The position numbers and the translations under genes are program-made. A DNA stretch of 64,000 bases from Felis catus. Its lineage: Eukaryota. Under the pieces are notes generated by a model, which ran no database searches, was not told where the DNA came from, and saw only the letters and a program-made list of their open reading frames with translations. The DNA lies in contig NC_058373.1 in NCBI RefSeq assembly GCF_018350175.1, forward strand, positions 114,516,001 to 114,580,000. Reading direction: 5' to 3'. Every line of letters begins with the position of its first letter. Positions within the stretch are counted from its first letter, which is position 1. Shown one piece after another: positions 26,449 through 39,696 of the stretch.

Positions 26449-28358
26449 AGGCAACGCTTTAAACCAAAACGTAAGGTTCCCCTTAAGGACCGAGGGTACC
26501 TTCATTCCCAGGCCCTTCTTGCTCTGCAGTCATTGAGCATGTTATGTCTCCAAGCTCAGGATTTTCGTCTATCAGGTGTGAGCATCCCACATCCCTTACA
26601 AGGCTGTTGTGAATGTTAAACGGGGCCCATCGACAGAACACATCTACCATACAAGCCACGTGCAACGGGGGCTTCTCTATGGTCCCCCCCCCCATTGTGA
26701 GAGATGACAGGCCTGGACACGACCCCAAAACCTCTCAATAAAGAGCAGACACCAGCCCAAAAGTAGCCCGCTACAGCCAAGGACCAAGCAGGCAGTTTCC
26801 AGGGCAACAGCATCCTCTGCACCTACTCCGGATTTCCATCCCCAGCTGCTTTTAATTCTCTTCCCGCCTCTGTAGTGGGCTAAGTCACCTCTTCCCACTA
26901 TTGCTAGGCAACCCTGAGCACAGTGCAGCTCCCTCCTGGGGGAGGACCGCGCCCCCCCCCCCACTTCTCGGGACTGGGGAAAGCTGCCCCACGTGGACCC
27001 CATTAACCCTGGGAATGGCAGAAGGTGAGAAGCACTCCCAGACCAACAGGGTCTATAGGTGCAGGTGCAGTGGGGACTCCACCTGGGGGAAATGAGGAAA
27101 GCCACCCCCTCCTTCCCCACCCCAGCCTTCTACTTGCCTGGGCTTATCTGTGATCCATTCTTAAGCAGTCTCCAAGCACAGGGTCACATCAAGCTTTTTA
27201 TGAAAGCTGCCCTCTTGATTAGTTACCTCTTCGGCGGCTCTCCCACTCACGCACCATGAACCTGGATCCCCGACCTTAGAGTAAACGGTCAGCAGGAGAG
27301 AACAGGTGGACAGACACGAATGAGGAGGAGGGACAAGGAGGCAGAGAGCACCAGAAGCTCCTGTGAGGTCCCTTAGCTTCGGAGGTGGGAGGACGGGTAA
27401 TTGTCATTTTCTTCTCTGTATTACTTAGCATTTTCTGGGGCTTTTTAAATTAAATTTTTAAATTAAGATGGAATTATACCATAAAAGTCATCCGTTTGAG
27501 TGGGTTTTAGTATATTTAGATACATTTAGATTATATTTACATATATTTTAGTGTATACATATTTAGAGGAAGTTTTAGTTTACTTAGTATATAGTTTTTA
27601 GTGTATTCACAAGGCTGTGCCACCATCACCACTATCTAATTCCAGAATGTTTTCATCACTGGGTTTTGTTTTTTGTATATGTCTTCTCTGGTCAGTGTTC
27701 CAGACACGCAAGCATCTCTCTCTTTTATAAGCAGCAAAGTGGTGAGGAGGGAAATGCCGGAGCCACACTGCCCACCTCTCACGGGCTCTGTGATCTTGGA
27801 AGTTATGCAGCTGCTCTGAGCCAGCTCCCTCATCCGTAAAATGTGGATAAAGTGCCCACCTCACAGGACTAGACGTGCTAACACAACACAGAGTCCCTGA
27901 CACAGTGCCCGATACTTAGCGTGTGCTCAGAAAAGGTGAGCCACTATGGAGATCATGAGAAAAAGAATTTTTTTCTTTTTAAGTACAGCTCTGCTCCCAG
28001 CTCTGGTCCCCGGGAAGATGACTGTACCCAGGCTATTGGGGACCGCCATCAGTTTTGCTTATTTGTCTGGGAGGGCTGAATGGGACACCCAGAGTGGGTA
28101 GGCTGGAGTCATGACTATCGCCTAGGTGGCTCTGGGCATCACTACACCAGACCTAAGGGGCCCACTGTGTTGAGAATCTGCCAGATAATCCCCAGCCAGG
28201 ACGTGGGAGCAGGGGCTAGGCAAGGCAGGAAGACAGCATCTAACTAGCCCTCTCTGTAAATGTACCCCCTACCCCCTGAGAAGGAAGGCTTCTGGGAGCT
28301 GGGACTTGATGCCTAACCTGGGACCCAGTGAGAAAACTTGATGGTTCAGAAGAAGGTG

Positions 28359-28468
28359 GCTGGCTCAGCTGGTGGAACATGCAACTCTTGATCTCAGGGT
28401 TGTGAGTTCGAACCCCATGCTGGGTATAGAGATTACTTCTAAAAAATCTATTTAAAAAAAAAAAAAAA
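28359..28468 (+). mobile_element. Short old Can-SINE
   Basis: gctggctcagctggtggaacatgcaactcttgatctcagggttgtgagttcga followed by an A tail; flanking gaaggtgg repeats. Confidence 0.85.
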
Positions 28469-28645
28469 GGAAGGTGGGCTTCCAGGGTGACTCTGAGCCC
28501 TGGTTTGCTGGGTCTCCTGCCCCCACCGCTCCCAAGGTCCCCTGAGCCTCCATCAGGGCCAGGTTTGGGCAGGTAGTGGTGCTTAGCAGGACACTGGTGC
28601 CTCAGCAGTGAGACAAAACCCTGGGCTGAATCAGGAGTCCAATCA

Positions 28646-28767
28646 GGGAGCGCCTGGCTGGCTCAGTCAGTGGAGCATATGACTCTTAATCTCAGGGTTG
28701 TGAGTTCAAGCCCCACATTGGGTACAGAGATTATTTGAAAATAAAATCTTTAAGAAAAAAAAAAAAA
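28646..28767 (+). mobile_element. Short old Can-SINE
   Basis: TSD ggagtccaatca at 28634-28645 and 28768-28779. Confidence 0.9.
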
Positions 28768-29310
28768 GGAGTCCAATCAGGCTGACCCAGAGTGGCCAGG
28801 ACTAAGGAACTCAGCCATGACCCCTTTGGGGAGCTACAGACTAAACTGTCTAAACCAGCTGGTGGGCTCCAGGACCTCTCCAGGGTCATTGGTGAGTAAC
28901 TGAGCCCAGCTCCCTGGGCCCTTGCAGAGTTGTGTACCCAAGGAGCAAACACAAAGGGGAGAAAAGTAGGGCTGGTGGGGAAGGTGCCCTGAGACCACAG
29001 CCCCTTGGCTGCACATCCCGTCCTAGAAAAAGCTTGGGTAGGTTACACGTTGGGGCAGCTCAGGTGGGGTTAACTGGCTGGGACAGTCCCAACAACACCT
29101 GCACAGGTGTGGGGCTCTCGAGCTGTACAAAGAGACTGGCCTCTCAGAAAGGTGAGAGTTCAGCTCTGGGAGGGACAAAGCTGACGGGGAAAGAAGGACA
29201 AAGGATGAGAACAATGGGAGGGGGTGTTCCCTAGCCTGCAGCAGCTTACACATCATTGCCCTCTGGTCTGCCCTTCTAGCCTTCTCCTTTCTCCTACTGC
29301 CCTACCCTTC

Positions 29311-29312
<2 letters not shown>

Positions 29313-29351
<39 letters not shown>

Positions 29352-29381
29352 GTGCGCACGCATGCACACACACGCACACAC
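29313..29381. repeat. (CA)n microsatellite merging into CG/CA alternation
   Basis: Seen directly. Confidence 0.95.
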
Positions 29382-30393
29382 AGCCCAGATGTCAGGGAAA
29401 GGGGAGGCTTCCCAGCAGCACCTTCGAATCCTGCCTGTCCTTCTAGATGCAACTCAAATGCCATCAGCCCAGGCAGCAGTGCTGGTTCCTGCCCCACAGA
29501 GACCAACACCACATCTCTGGCCATTTGTGGCACTGCCCAGTGTGATTTCTACCTTTCCAGTTCCCTCTCCATCTAAACCGTGGGTTTTCCACGACCCCAG
29601 GTGGGTGGAGCATCAGATACCCAACAGGGATTCAACCAATGCTCACTGACTGAGTCTACCAAGAGAAATTACTGATGTTCTCACACTAAGAAGGGACTAG
29701 AAGGTAGACGAGCAGAGACATCGGCTCTTCTCTAGAGACACCCAGCAGCAGATGTCATGTCTCAGACTTGGGCCACCCCGCCCTGGTTCCAGACCCACAG
29801 GAGGCACCGGGTCTTGTGTGACAAGTCCTCAAGCCAGGCTTACGGTTTGTGGCCACTGGCCAGGCGCCCAGCCCCAGGCCTTCCTGGAGGAGGAAAGGGG
29901 AGACCCAAATCCCAACCACAAACAACAAACTACAAGACACCCCTTTGGTTTGACCTCTTCACACTTAAAACTGCCCCACAAGGAAGGGCCCGGGGGCCCA
30001 GGCCTCCTCCCACCCCACTCCACGGAGCACAGCCTTAGCAGCCCCTTCTCAAGAAAGGAGCTTCAGGAAAGAAGTTTGCTCCTTGCAGGAGCCTGCTAGC
30101 CTGTCACTCCTACAAGCCCATCTCCAGTGACCAACGGCTCCTGGAGATCTCATCATTCCTCAAAACTGGACAAGCTGGTTCTCAGGAAGCTCCAGGCCTT
30201 CTCACATCTGCCCCAGGGTAGGCTGGGTGGCAGCCAGAGACAGCTCCCTGGGGCAAAGCAGGGCTGGTAGGCTACTGGGAGGTTTGGGCAGGGCCTAAAG
30301 AATGCCCTCAGCTATTTGACTGTAGGGCCTGAAAACACTCTAGGCTTTATTTTAGTTTCCTTTAGTGTATTTCCTTTACTTTAGTTTAGTGTA

Positions 30394-30598
30394 TTTTTTA
30401 AGTTTACCTATTTATTTTGAGAGAGACAGCAAGCGTGAGCTGGGGAGGGGCCGAGAGAGGGAGAGAGAGAACCCCAAGCAGGCCCCACGCTGTCAGCACA
30501 GAGCCCAACTCCGGGCTCAAACTCATGAAACGTGAGGTCGTCACCTGAGCTGAAATCAAGAGTCAGTCGCTTAACCGACTGAGCCACCCAGGGGCCCC
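30394..30598 (-). mobile_element. Can-SINE
   Basis: Antisense head and (GA)n body. Confidence 0.9.
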
Positions 30599-31591
30599 CA
30601 GGCTGTCTCCTTTAGAAGACACTCATACTTTGAGGTCATTCTACCTGTACTGTGACCAACTTACAAAGCTTTTGAGCACGTCACATTCATTTGTTTCTCC
30701 CGGATACCCAAAATGTAGGCAAAGGGTAAGCAAGGGATTCTACACCATTCTATAGTGAAGGGACTGAGCAATCAGAAGGGTCAAGTGACACCGAATGAGC
30801 CAGAGATGACGTCAGGGTCCGAGGTCAAGGAGAACACAACAACTCCATACACTCCTAGCCAACTAGGAGTGGGCTCCTTCTAAGATGGGTTTATATACTA
30901 CACCTTATCTCAAAGAATACAGGGTAAAGGCCACAGAAACTCTGGCTCCTCAAAATAGTTAACATGCATTTTTATTGAGCACGCGCTGTCAGGTGCCGTA
31001 TTAAATTCCCTACACACATTACTTGGTTTAAACCTCCACTCAACTAAATCAGGCAGGAGCGATTATTAGACTCATTTCCCCATTGGCATCATCAGGCACA
31101 GAGCAGGTAAGCGATCCCCCGAGGATCACATAGGTAGTCAGTGGAGGGGCTGAGATTTGAACCCAGTGTGCCCAGAGCATGTCTAGATACAGCCCCAGGA
31201 TGAGGCCAATTATTTATGCAGTGTTATTTCTTGACCACCTACAGGCCTAACCCCGCAGGAGGCACTAGGGATTCAGCAGAGAACAGGACAGGCTGAGTGC
31301 TGGGCCCATGGCCACGGGCACGGAGTGAAGCAGGCAGGAGAGCACAAGAGCGAGGGGTAGGAGGATGGGAACGAGAGCCAATTCTCTCCTCCTGGACATT
31401 TTACTTCCACCAGGCATCAGTTTGGTTTTTGCAGTCCTAACCTCCAAGGCAGGTGGATGTCCTGTTCCTCCCCATGTAAACCCCTCCAAAATAGGCCTCC
31501 CCTCTCTGCAGGCCTCCACCTTCATCAGTGGCCTTGGCTAGCTCCTGTGATGGTCCTGCAGACCAGCAGTGAGTACAAACAAGGTGGTACA

Positions 31592-31814
31592 GGGCCACCT
31601 GGGTGGCTCAGTCGGTTTGGCGGCCGACTTCAGCTCAGGTCACGATCTCGCGGTCTGTGAGTTCGAGCCCTGCGTTGCGCTCTGTGCTGACAGCTCAGAG
31701 CCTGGAGCCTGCTTCCAATTCTGTGTCTCCCTCTCATTCTGCCCCTGCTTATTCTCTCTCTCTCTCAAAAATAATACACATTGAAAAAACATTAAAAAAA
31801 AAACAAACAAAAAA
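31592..31814 (+). mobile_element. Can-SINE
   Basis: TSD aaacaaggtggtaca at 31577-31591 and 31815-31829. Confidence 0.94.
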
Positions 31815-32615
31815 AAACAAGGTGGTACATATTCCTGTGACCTGGAATGATGTGGGTACAGACTCCGGAGCAGGAACTATTTACAACCACCTTCATTTAC
31901 CTGCCAGGTGAATGCCTCTCTGTTTCAACACCATTAGCTCAACAAATATTGATTAAGTTACATATGTTAAAAAGAAAAAAAAACCAGGACTGGCACCTGT
32001 GGAAATCCACATTAAACCAGAGCCTCCAAGATTTAAGAGAGAAAATAAAATTTAACAACCAAAAGCTGCCATTTTACAAATCTTCGTCAACCCAGCAGGT
32101 GGGGGTATTAGCTCCTTTTTATGAATAAGGAATCGGAGGCTGAGAGGTTACAGTAACTTGCCCAAGGTCACAAGCCTGAAAGTGTAGAGCCAGGATGCTA
32201 CTCAAAGTCCATGCTCTTTCCAGCTTGCCTGGCATCCAGCAGGCCTCACCTGAGGGTGTGGGTGAGGGAAAAAAGTGGGGGCTACGGTCATCTCGAAAAG
32301 ACGGGCGTTCAGACCTGCTACCTTCTAAAAGGTGGCTTTAGAGCCCGGCCTCAAAGGTCAGGAAGATTGTGAAAGCCAGCAAACTCCCTAATCCACTGCA
32401 TTTTATGTCTGGAGGCAGGGAGTCAAGCCCCAGGAACGCTGCAAGAAAGCATTCTTTGAAGAAGGGACAAGCCACGGCCAACCAATACAGGTTTTTGAGT
32501 CATGCCTCCTGCCTGCACAGACTTCTACCTGCATCTGCATCAGGCCTAACCATTCACCAAGGAAGTGCTTCCTACCACATCACCTAATCTGATGCCCGTA
32601 AGAGCCCTGGGGATC

Positions 32616-32650
32616 GGCAGGGCAGGGCAGGGCAGGGCAGGGCAGGGCAG
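32616..32650. repeat. (GGCAG)7 pentamer repeat
   Basis: Seen directly. Confidence 0.95.
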
Positions 32651-35573
32651 GACGGGAACGTGGCCCGTTTACCGAGGAGGAAACAGATCGGAAGCACCTG
32701 TCTGTACCATTCAGCGCTCTATCCTCAGCCCTTGGAACTGGGCCTGACAGAGTAGCTGCTCAAAGTTATGTGTTGAACAGTCTAATAAAAGCTCAGAGAA
32801 GTGAAACGACTGGACCAAAGTCTCTCTTGTTGTGAACACACCAGGGCTAAAAACAGGGCCTTCTGCCTCCCACCCAGAGGCCACCCACCCACATACACTC
32901 ACTCTGCTGCCTCCATCTGCAATGGTCAGCCTCCTCTGTCCACCCGTCTGCTCTGATCCCACTCAACTCTGACCTCCCACGATCAGCAGGGAGGCTGTCA
33001 AAAGCAGCCAGTTACTTCAGATCCGATCCCCCACACCTAAAACCACTTCCTTATATACCTACCACCCCGCTGAAAACGAGGTGAAATTTTCAGACAAGTT
33101 CACCGAGGCCCATGCAAGGTAACAGAATCAATGGCAGGCCAAAAAAAAAACCCTTGGATTTTCAAAGTGAGGCCCGGAGCTTGTGCCACGCCCCCCCGAC
33201 CCCCACCCCATCAACCCACCAAAGCACAGGTTGACTCCCCTTGGTCCAGAGATCCTTGTAGGCTCTGGATGCCAAGCCCAGCTTTCCTGCCTTCCTCGCC
33301 ACCAAGGGACAAGTGAGGGGAAGCTTCCTGCCCCTGACATGGCTGCATTCCAGTCCCATCATGCACCATTTGGGCCTTGGGGCTGGTCACTTCTCCCTCT
33401 GCCCCTCATTTCCTCAACCTCAGGTGTGCCAGGCTCACATCAGCCAGAGCCAGCTCTTAGAACCGTTGAGTCTGCCCTCCAGATAACCACATTTCCCAGA
33501 TGACCCTGATCCCACCTGGCTACCCAGAGGCCTGGTGCACACCCCCACCACCCTGATCAGGGATTTGTGAGTCTATATGTGTATACATACACACAGACAA
33601 ATAGAAACAATACAATTTTCCTCCCCAACTATATCTAATGTATTCATTCATTCGATACCACGGAATACTGTGAGCAGGTCCAGTGGCAATGCTGAGGAGA
33701 CAGGAATTTCTGCCCCCCAGGAACTTCATCCCACAGTCCTGTCACTACTGCCCCAACTAGGCATACAGTAGGTGCTCAGTAAACAGGAATGTCTCTTCTA
33801 ACTCCCATGGAAGATCCCAAGACATCCACCCCCCTAATCCCTCCCCCTCCTGTCCAATTTAAAATCTAGTCTCATGAAGGCCTCACCCTGAAATTTAAAA
33901 AGGGCCCCCTGCCTTGGCCTCTTGATAATCTCCAAATTACCACTCCATTTCTCAGCTCCACCAACAGCCCGAATGCCCCAGGAAATAAGCCCCCAGAGTG
34001 GGGGGCTGTCACAGCCTCTCCCCGCAGCTCCCCCTGGGGGGCCAACAGGAAGAGGGGGAGGGGTGTTTAAGCAACTGCCACACTGCAAATAAGTCAGCTG
34101 GAAGCCGGGGACCTTCTGCCGTTGCCCTATAGGGTTGGGCCCAGCAGAAGCCTCGGCCTGGGTCTCAGGTCGCCGGGCTTTGAGGAAGCCCTTTGTGCGT
34201 GTGTTTTAAATTACCTCTGCTTGTCTGATGAAGTGAGTAAAAAGGGCGCCGATTCAGGGCTTAGGATTCCTGAGTGAGCTAATACAGGATGCCTTTGGCT
34301 GAAAAAAAAAAACTTCAGTCGGCTCCCTAAACTCCCCCCCTTTTAAGTTTAAAAAAGGGAATGAATGTTACCATTTTTGGACATGAGCGTTCTCCCTCAA
34401 GCCCAGCCCTAACCGCACTATCCAAAGGGACGCGCCATCCTGTCCCCCCCATTCCCAGATCTGCGGGGGGGGGGGGGGGGGAGGGGGGGGATGAAATGAG
34501 GAGGGACCGGATGGGAGCGGACAGCGGGGGAGGGGGGAGAGGAGGGTGTTCAGGGTACGTGGCCGCCTGGGGCAAGAGCTCACAGCGCGGGCAGGAAGCA
34601 GAGGCAGGGTTGGGGCACCCTCCTCCCCCTCCCCACAAGAGTGGTTTCTGACCTCTTCCTGCCGCCGGCCACTGTGCCCAGGTCCCATCGCCAGCTCTGA
34701 GCCCAGCCCCCGTGGAGGGTGCGCACCCGGCACACCTCGTCTGGGACTCTTGGGGAAGGTGGCTGAGCAGGGGTTCCCCATTGACTGACCCCAAATATCT
34801 CAGTAAACAACCTCTTGCCCTGGAGCCCTTCAACTCAGATCAAGTTGCCCAAATTCGCCTTCTCCCGAGAATAAGCGGGGGTCGGACTGGCAGGACGCAG
34901 ACGCAAAACCCCCATCTCCGCCGGCAGCTGAGTTAAGCAATAAAACGGTTGGTCGTCCTGACCCCGCCCCCACAGGGCCAGCTGGAGAACCCGCTTATGC
35001 CCCCCCCAGTTTCCTCAGCCCCAACCCACTCCAGCAGGTCCACCTCCAGGCAGACCCGGAGGCGGCTGCCAACCCCTGCGGCGCCCGCTTTCCCCTCGGC
35101 CTGCGGGCTGGGGTTGGGAGGTGCAGAGTCGCGTGCAGCTCGCCTCCTGCAGGTACGGAGCCCAGGGTGGCCCAGGAAGCGCGCTGCCACCGCACGCCAG
35201 ATGGAGAGGCGGCCAGGGGGCGGGGAAGGGAAGGGAAAATCGATCCGGAGCAAGCAGCCACCGCGCTACAGCTCAGCCCCAGCCTCCCAAGCACCGCCCT
35301 CCACCCCCTGCCCACGCGGGGATGGTGCGGCTGCAGCCGGGTGGCCTGAATCGCGGACCCCAAGGCGACCTGCCCGCCGGCGGCCCCACCTCCCCGCGCT
35401 CGGGCTCCGGCGTTCGCGGGCTCTGGGAAAGGGGCTCTCCCGCTTCCGCCCGCGCCTGTAACCCAACACCCCACCTCGCGGCGGCAGCGCATCCCCCGCC
35501 CCCGCTCGTGCGAGCCTGGAATCCGTTCCGAGCCGGGAGCGCGGCTAGCGGAGCGGGCCGGGCCGGGGTGCTA

Positions 35574-35990
<417 letters not shown>

Positions 35991-37609
35991 GGCGGGCGGG
36001 GGCGGGGGGAAGGGGCAGAGCCCTCCCGAGGTTCTCCATTGGCCAGGCCGAGTTGCCCAAACTTCCCCCCATCGCCTTTCATTGGGAATTCCTGGCATCC
36101 GTCAGCCGGGCCGCGGCGCATATAGGTGGACTGGGCGGCCCCCTCCCGTCGCGCACGCCCCCGCCCACTCCCCGGGTTCCCACTCCCCCGCCGCTCATGT
36201 GACACCGGCTTAAGCCGAACGGGACCGAAGCCGGGGGACGCCTCCCCGAGCTGTGGGACCGAGCGGCAGCGCGCCCCGGAGCCCCAGTCGCCGCCTGGGA
36301 CTGGACACGCTCCCCGCCCGCGGGAAGGCGGCGAACTCCGGCGCGCCGGCCTTACTGCTCCCCCGACGCGCTCCAAACCCCAGGCGGCCCGCGGCTGGAG
36401 AAGGGACGCGAGGAAACCCGGAAAGCGTTTCATTTCTCCTTCCCTGGGTCCGGAGAGGTCAGCACCGAAGGAAAGGGGGCAGGGAATGCTGGAATGGAAA
36501 GGAATTTCCCGGGAATTTCTTGACCATCCCTCCCGCCTCCGCCCGGCCCCGCCCGTCGCGACCGGGCAGACCCCTGCCCTACGAGAGAGAGCCCGTATCT
36601 TGCCACTGAATGGCACTCGGGAGCCTCAGAGCTTTCCCGCCTCGCCACCGGCTCCTTTCTGGCCCGACCTCGGTCTCAGGGGACCGCTCTGCCTAGGGGC
36701 TTCCCGGGCAGCGCCTACGTCCCCCAACTTTCTGGGATCCGCTGTCGTTCCCCGCGGGCGGACGGGCCGGATCTACCCTCGTATACACCTGGGCAGCACC
36801 CTGAAAACTGGGACGGAGGGCCCTGAGTGGTTTACCCACCCCACGCCCCGCCCCCAACACACACACCTGACAAATGGGGAGACCGAGGCTCAAAGAGTTG
36901 GGTTCGAAAAGGGATTTAGCAGGTTTTCAGGACTCCACAGACTGACCTGTAACCTGAGGCCTGATAAACAAAGCCTTATTGTTATTGGAGGAAGAAAGAG
37001 GGCGGGATTGGCTAAACACCTCTCACTTCTTGGTGCCTGCCTGGGCTTCCTTCCCCAGGCCTAGTAAGGAGGGCCTAAACACACTGCCCCAGCTGTGACA
37101 GATACTGGGAAGAGGCAGCCCTGACCTCCTGGTGGGTTCCTCTGAGATATCCCAGACCGAAGAACAGTAGGAGCAAGCAGACCTCCGACAGGTCATGGGC
37201 ATGGTGGGGCTTTTATATTGGTGCTCTGAGGATTAGCTGAGCCAACTCAGGGACTCCAGCGTGTCACCCCAGAGGGGAGTGAAGGAGTTAGAAGAGTGCA
37301 TTGCCAGGTAGGGCCATGAATTAGGATACGTGAGAGGCCACAGAGGGAAAAGGTGAAGTGCCTCCGACTCTCAGAACAGCTAGCTGATGCTGCTGTAAGC
37401 CGCTATCTGTTGCGCTGTCACTCCCTGTATCATTAGTCAACCTCACGTTTCTGCAAGTGTTACCGGTCAGCGGCCAGCACTGTGCCTGCCACAGCCCCTG
37501 GCTGAGGAAGCACTGCCTCGGAGCCAGAGAGGGTAGATTTATAGACTATTTTATAACCATTTCTGAACTATGGCTCTAAACCTAACATAGAGGGTAATAT
37601 CGTGCTGTA

Positions 37610-38130
37610 GCCATTCACTCAATAAATATTTGCTGAGCACCGTCTGTGTGTCAGGGGACGTGCTAGATGTTATGTATATACAGATGAAAAAGACACAATT
37701 CCTTCCCCATGCAGCCCAGCCGAGACAGATACAGAAACAAAAATATACTGCAAGGAGACAGCTCTGACCACTGAGCCCAGCAGGGGAAGGGAGGCTCCAG
37801 GTGGAACTTTTTGGAGTAGGTGAAGTTCAAGGGAGCCTTGAAAACAAGAGTCAGCCAGATGAAGAGTGTGGGAGGTTATTCCAGGCAGAAGGAGCGGTGT
37901 GAGTTAGTACATGGGGGCAGGAAACTGCAGGGTATAAAAGGAATGCCTAACATTTCACTGCGGCTAGACTAGAAATCCAAGGCCAGGAGGGGCAAGAGAT
38001 GGGGCTGTGGAGATGGGCAGCGGCCAGACCACGCAGGCCCGGTGCACCGTGTGAAGTGTGGATCTGAGGGGAATGAGGCTGTACAGAAGCTTTGAGAACC
38101 AGGTGCAAAGCAATTGCAATAATCTGGGTA
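37610..38130 (-). mobile_element. L2 fragment
   Basis: cattcactcaataaatatttgctgagcacc (antisense L2 3' end) followed by purine-rich degraded L2 body; more pieces extend to about 39400. Confidence 0.65.
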
Positions 38131-38140
38131 GGAATGGCCC

Positions 38141-38424
38141 CTTAGTCCATTTGGGCCGCTGTAACAGAATCCCGTAGACTGGGTGGCTTCGACAAGAACG
38201 TTTATTTCTCAGGGTTCTGGAGGCTGGGAAGTCCAAGGTCAGATTCGGTGTGGTGAGAGCCCACATCCTGGCTCCTAGACAGCCATCTTCTGTGTCCTCC
38301 TGTGGTGGTAGGAGCTCTGCCCTCATGACACCCACTCATCCTCCTATAATACCGTCGCTCTTGGGGGGGGGGGGCAGGATTTCAACATGTGAATTTGGGC
38401 GGGACATGAACTTCAGTCTCTTGC
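38141..38424 (-). mobile_element. MaLR solo LTR (MLT1A-like)
   Basis: ttagtccatttgggccgctgtaacagaat...tttatttctcagggttctggaggctgggaagtccaag...gatttcaacatgtgaattt. Confidence 0.75.
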
Positions 38425-38703
38425 AAATGGAGAAGAGTGGATAGACGAGAAATACCTAGAAAATAAAACTGAGCGGCCTCAGAGTTTCAGTGTGAGAACA
38501 GAGGAGTCTTTGCTGCTCTTGACCAATGTCCCATATGGAATAGACTATGCAATTTATCTATATTATCTTAGGTAAGTTCTACTATGAGATGAGGGCTGTC
38601 TCTGCCTTACAGAGAAAACCAGCCAAAGCTCAGTGAGGTAGCTAACTAGCCCCATATACACGTAACACACATACATGTGACACCTAAACCCATGCTTTGG
38701 CCC

Positions 38704-38920
38704 CAGTGTTTCTCAACCCTAGGATAGTTTGACACCCTCCTTCCCCAGGGATATTTGGCAATATCTGGAGACACTTTCTAGTTGTCACAACTGGCGGGTC
38801 CCTACTGGCATGCAGTGGACAGAAGCTAAACATCTGTTAACAAGCAGGACAGGACAGTCTCCCCACAACAAAGAATGATCCAGCCCAAAATATCAACAGT
38901 ACTAGGGTTGAGAACCCCTG
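38704..38920. mobile_element. MER20 hAT MITE
   Basis: Terminal inverted repeats cagtgtttctcaacc and ggttgagaacccctg; internal tttggcaatatctggagac...ttgtcacaactgg and ccccacaacaaagaat. Confidence 0.85.
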
Positions 38921-39696
38921 CCTTAATTATTGGTTTCTAGTTTGGATGATCTGGTGAATGGTGGCAGTACGACCAACTGACAAAGAATTTCAGATTTGGG
39001 AATGGAATCCTGGATTGAACGCATGGAGCTTGAAGGGCTCAGAGAATGTTCAGATTCGGTGGTCCGGCAAGCAGGTGACCGCATGGCCCTGACCTCAGAG
39101 GAAACAGACCTGAGAGTCATCTGTGTACAGGTGGTATTGACCCCATATGACCACCCATGAAGAATAACGAATGCCTAAGCGGGACTGGGAAGGGACCACG
39201 GCTGAACCAGGAGAAGCAGCACTTGGAAGGAAGTATAAAGAACAAGGTCCCCTGATGGAGACAGAGAGGAAGGGGTCAGCAGGAACAAAGAGAGCCTGGC
39301 CCACTCTGTGTCATAAAAGTCAAAGGTGCGAAATTTCAAAGTGAGGGGAGTCAGCAACATCAGATATATCAGGAAAATAAGGCTTAACGAAGTATTCTTT
39401 GCATGTGATCATTGAAAATTCACTGGTGTCCTTTGCCTGTGAATTTCGGCCAAAGCTGTGACTTTAAGAGACACTATCCAGGAATAAAGGACAACAGTGA
39501 ATATAGAAGTCCCAGACGGGGTCCAAAGGAGGAATTTTTTTCTTTGAATAGGAGAAACTTGAGGAAGGATTCCGTTGAGAGGAAAGAACTGAAAAGGCGA
39601 GCAAGTGAAAGGTGAGAGGTGGCACAGTTTTGAGGAGACAAGACCGTGTGGGTTCAAGGGTGCAGGCTGAAAAGATGGGCCCATAAAAAGGGCAAA

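Noticed and set aside
36116..36127. gcatatagg as a promoter CArG or TATA box
   Set aside because: It does not fit CC(A/T)6GG and lies upstream of the CCAAT boxes, too far from the inferred start to be a TATA box.
36126..37064. 312-aa plus-strand ORF, and the other long CpG-island ORFs such as 35121-35876
   Set aside because: GC-driven absence of stops; the C-terminal part includes MIR-like sequence (LTNGETEAQR); no homology recognised.
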